From an uncultured Candidatus Saccharibacteria bacterium (lineage in GTDB: Bacteria > Patescibacteriota > Minisyncoccia > Phycocordibacterales > CAYHGJ01), in contig CAYHGJ010000002.1 in the NCBI GenBank assembly GCA_964356235.1, forward strand, positions 1 through 34,871: DNA of 34,871 bases, written 5' to 3'. The notes under the pieces are model-generated. The model had not been told where the DNA came from. It searched no databases and saw only the letters and a program-made list of their open reading frames with translations. The position numbers and the translations under genes are program-made. Positions 33,155-34,871 of this stretch are shown one piece after another; position 1 is the stretch's first letter; each line of letters begins with the position of its first letter.

Positions 33155-33193
33155 GTTATTAGAGAATCTAGGGCCATTGAATTTGCAAGGTAA
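33155..33193 (+). other. second, out-of-frame copy of the last 12 codons plus stop of rny
   Basis: GTT ATT AGA GAA TCT AGG GCC ATT GAA TTT GCA AGG TAA encodes VIRESRAIEFAR*, the same peptide as 33064-33102. 33 of 39 nt are identical. Confidence 0.85.
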
Positions 33194-33197
33194 AATA

Positions 33198-33232
33198 GTT
33201 CATAAAGTTCATAAAGTACAAGGTTCATAAAG
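33198..33232 (+). repeat. GTTCATAAA 9-mer repeats (three copies)
   Basis: GTTCATAAA at 33198, 33207 and 33223. Related to the element at 17011-17128. Confidence 0.75.
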
Positions 33233-33246
33233 GAGGAGAAAAGAAA

Positions 33247-33280
33247 AGGGCTTGGGCATTCGCCCAAGCTCTGTTTTGTT
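33247..33280 (+). terminator. intrinsic terminator after rny
   Basis: AGGGCTTGGGC-attc-GCCCAAGCTCT followed by GTTTTGTT. Confidence 0.7.
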
Positions 33281-33425
33281 GCACAAAATATGGCTTAATA
33301 TATAATGTTTCAGAGGAGAAAACGGCACTTCTGGGGTATTTCTCCAATTTATAAAGACCCCGTGGTCGAAACAATCCACATGGATAAAATTTCAATTTGA
33401 TTATTAAATTTAATATTTTAACAAT

Positions 33426-33698
33426 ATGAATAAGCAAAGTATTGTTGAGAAAGTTCACGAGAAAATCGGTGGAACAAAAGTTTCCGCAGAATTAGCAGTT
33501 GATACTGTTGTTGATACTATCGTAAGCGGTTTAAAATCTGGGAATGAAGTATCAATCGCAGGACTCGGCATTTTCTCAGCTAAAACAAGAGCCGCAAGAC
33601 AAGCTCGCAATCCACGAACAGGAGCAAGTATCCAAGTTCCTGCAATGCGTGTGCCAAAATTTCGCGCAGCAAAAGCTCTGAAAGATGCGGTTCGATAA
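33426..33698 (+). CDS. hup: HU/IHF-family DNA-binding protein
   Basis: 90 aa with GLGIFSAKTRAARQARNPRTGASIQVPAMRVPKFRAAKALK (the DNA-binding arm with RNPRTG). Confidence 0.9.
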   Translation: MNKQSIVEKVHEKIGGTKVSAELAVDTVVDTIVSGLKSGNEVSIAGLGIFSAKTRAARQARNPRTGASIQVPAMRVPKFRAAKALKDAVR

Positions 33699-33720
33699 AA
33701 TAAATCTCGAGATTTATTTT
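33697..33720. terminator. palindromic terminator after hup
   Basis: AAAATAAATCTC|GAGATTTATTTT, a 24-nt perfect palindrome. Confidence 0.55.
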
Positions 33721-33728
33721 CCACTTAC

Positions 33729-33756
33729 AAAAAATCCGCTACACGCGGATTTTTTG
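33729..33756. terminator. bidirectional intrinsic terminator
   Basis: AAAAATCCGC-tacac-GCGGATTTTT with an A-run and a T-run. Confidence 0.7.
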
Positions 33757-33930
33757 TTTCTAATATTTTGATGTGTAATATTTTTGAATTAGTTCGAACG
33801 CACTTTTCCGAAAAAATCCCCCCGCGAAAATTCGGAAAGGCGGCGGAGCCGCACCGCTGACAATTTTCCTTCGATAAACTCAGGATGGTGAGCTTGTCGA
33901 ACCACAAGTTTTTCTTTGACGGCATTAAAA

Positions 33931-34785
33931 TTATGACTTATTCAATTTCCTCTCCAAATCTTCTAAATAATAATATGGTGCCGATTTTATTTCAATCGCT
34001 CGCCTTACTTCCGCAAGAACTAATGGCTTATTTTTCTTTGCAAGTTTCAATAAAAGAGCAAAGAAAGTGCAGCTTCCGTGCTTGCCAGTTTCTTGAACAT
34101 TTAACATCTGAATTAAAATTGGTACTAAAATTTTTGGCGGGAATATTAAAGATTCCGAGACAAATTTTCTTTCTCCAAAAATTTTATCACCAACCCTTTC
34201 AATTTTTTGTAAAGCAACTTGCAATTTTTTCACTTGCGGTTTTGGTAATTTCTCAAGAAAGGGTTTTATGTTTATTGTTTTCCGATCAATTAACTCTTTC
34301 TCCAAAAAGGCCACTACCCATTCATTAGAAAAATTTACCAAACTATGAAAATTACCCCAACCATTTTCTTTAACGACATAAAACCAATTTTTCCAAGACT
34401 TAACTTGGCTTTTGCAATACTTTTCAGAAAACCTCGCGTAAGCGGATGTTTTTTCCGTGAGAATATTCCTAGAGGTGGAAAAACTAAATTTTATTTCTCT
34501 TATAAGTGGTTTAAATCCCTTTTTGGTTGGGTTAATTTTACCAAGAATTTTTATCTTCGCCTTTCTCGCTTCTGGGTGGGGATTCAACAGATTTTCTTCA
34601 TCGCCCGTAGAGCCACGCGGTGGAAACACAATAATTCTCTTTACAAGTTTTGCATCCTCGCTTTTCAAGCGAACAAAAAAACAAGCTGGTCTTGTAATTA
34701 TTTCAACTTCTCCGTTACCAAGGAATTTTTTGAGAGTTTTTTGGAAAAGCGAGGATTTATAGATTTCATAAAAATTGGATTGCAT
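33931..34785 (-). CDS. hypothetical protein
   Basis: 284-aa ORF. I recognise no family motif. The upstream region runs to the window edge. Confidence 0.5.
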   Translation of the reverse strand: MQSNFYEIYKSSLFQKTLKKFLGNGEVEIITRPACFFVRLKSEDAKLVKRIIVFPPRGSTGDEENLLNPHPEARKAKIKILGKINPTKKGFKPLIREIKFSFSTSRNILTEKTSAYARFSEKYCKSQVKSWKNWFYVVKENGWGNFHSLVNFSNEWVVAFLEKELIDRKTINIKPFLEKLPKPQVKKLQVALQKIERVGDKIFGERKFVSESLIFPPKILVPILIQMLNVQETGKHGSCTFFALLLKLAKKNKPLVLAEVRRAIEIKSAPYYYLEDLERKLNKS

Positions 34786-34871
34786 AGCATGATTAAAAAA
34801 TTTTCTTCCCCCAAAATGCGAAATCGTGAATTCGTTTTTACCCCCAAAATTGAATACAAATTAGTCGCCGA

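Noticed and set aside
32515-33267. 250-aa minus-strand ORF
   Set aside because: It is antisense to the clearly identified rny HD and C-terminal region and runs through the rny terminator region. It shows no recognisable features.

Overview
AT-rich, tightly packed bacterial chromosome segment. The gene content (domain-reduced housekeeping proteins, a type IV pilin plus PilB ATPase, many small membrane-anchored ORFs) looks like a Candidate Phyla Radiation / Parcubacteria-type genome; this is inference from style, not a search. The standard code applies, because TGA terminates dnaA and mutM at their canonical C-termini. The window covers the replication-origin neighbourhood: dnaN and dnaA on the minus strand, diverging from rpmH-rnpA on the plus strand, with a DnaA-box cluster and an AT-rich tract in the dnaA-dnaN spacer. 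Recognisable backbone genes are rpsT, ruvA, a MurE-like ligase split by an in-frame TGA, mutM, a SpoU/TrmH methyltransferase, DoxX, tRNA-Arg(GCG), tRNA-Lys(UUU), holA-like, polA, tsaE, pilB/gspE, ruvB, yebC, ruvC, tyrS, a class A PBP, a DUF721-like gene, nusA, tig, clpP, rny and hup. Four things lie on top of this backbone that ordinary annotation would miss. (1) At least four compositionally foreign, self-contained cassettes, each with a near-consensus sigma70 promoter, a strong SD, a small secreted or membrane protein and a textbook intrinsic terminator. They sit between housekeeping genes at about 7.5-8.0 kb, 12.4-13.25 kb, 25.45-26.08 kb and 30.64-31.31 kb. (2) A dispersed family of long inverted repeats sharing an ACCCTG core. 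Two 21-bp members enclose promoter-like segments upstream of tig and clpP and differ by compensatory changes; other members bracket pilB and the GC-rich lipoprotein cassette. (3) A 9-nt-periodic AT-rich repeat element next to ruvA, ruvC, holA/polA and rny. (4) Single-locus oddities: a 16+6 bp inverted repeat enclosing the pilin start codon, a Cas2-fold gene bracketed by two copies of a 28-nt hairpin beside tRNA-Lys, and a synonymous-only duplicate of the rny 3' end. All coordinates were counted by hand from the sequence. No database search or folding program was run.
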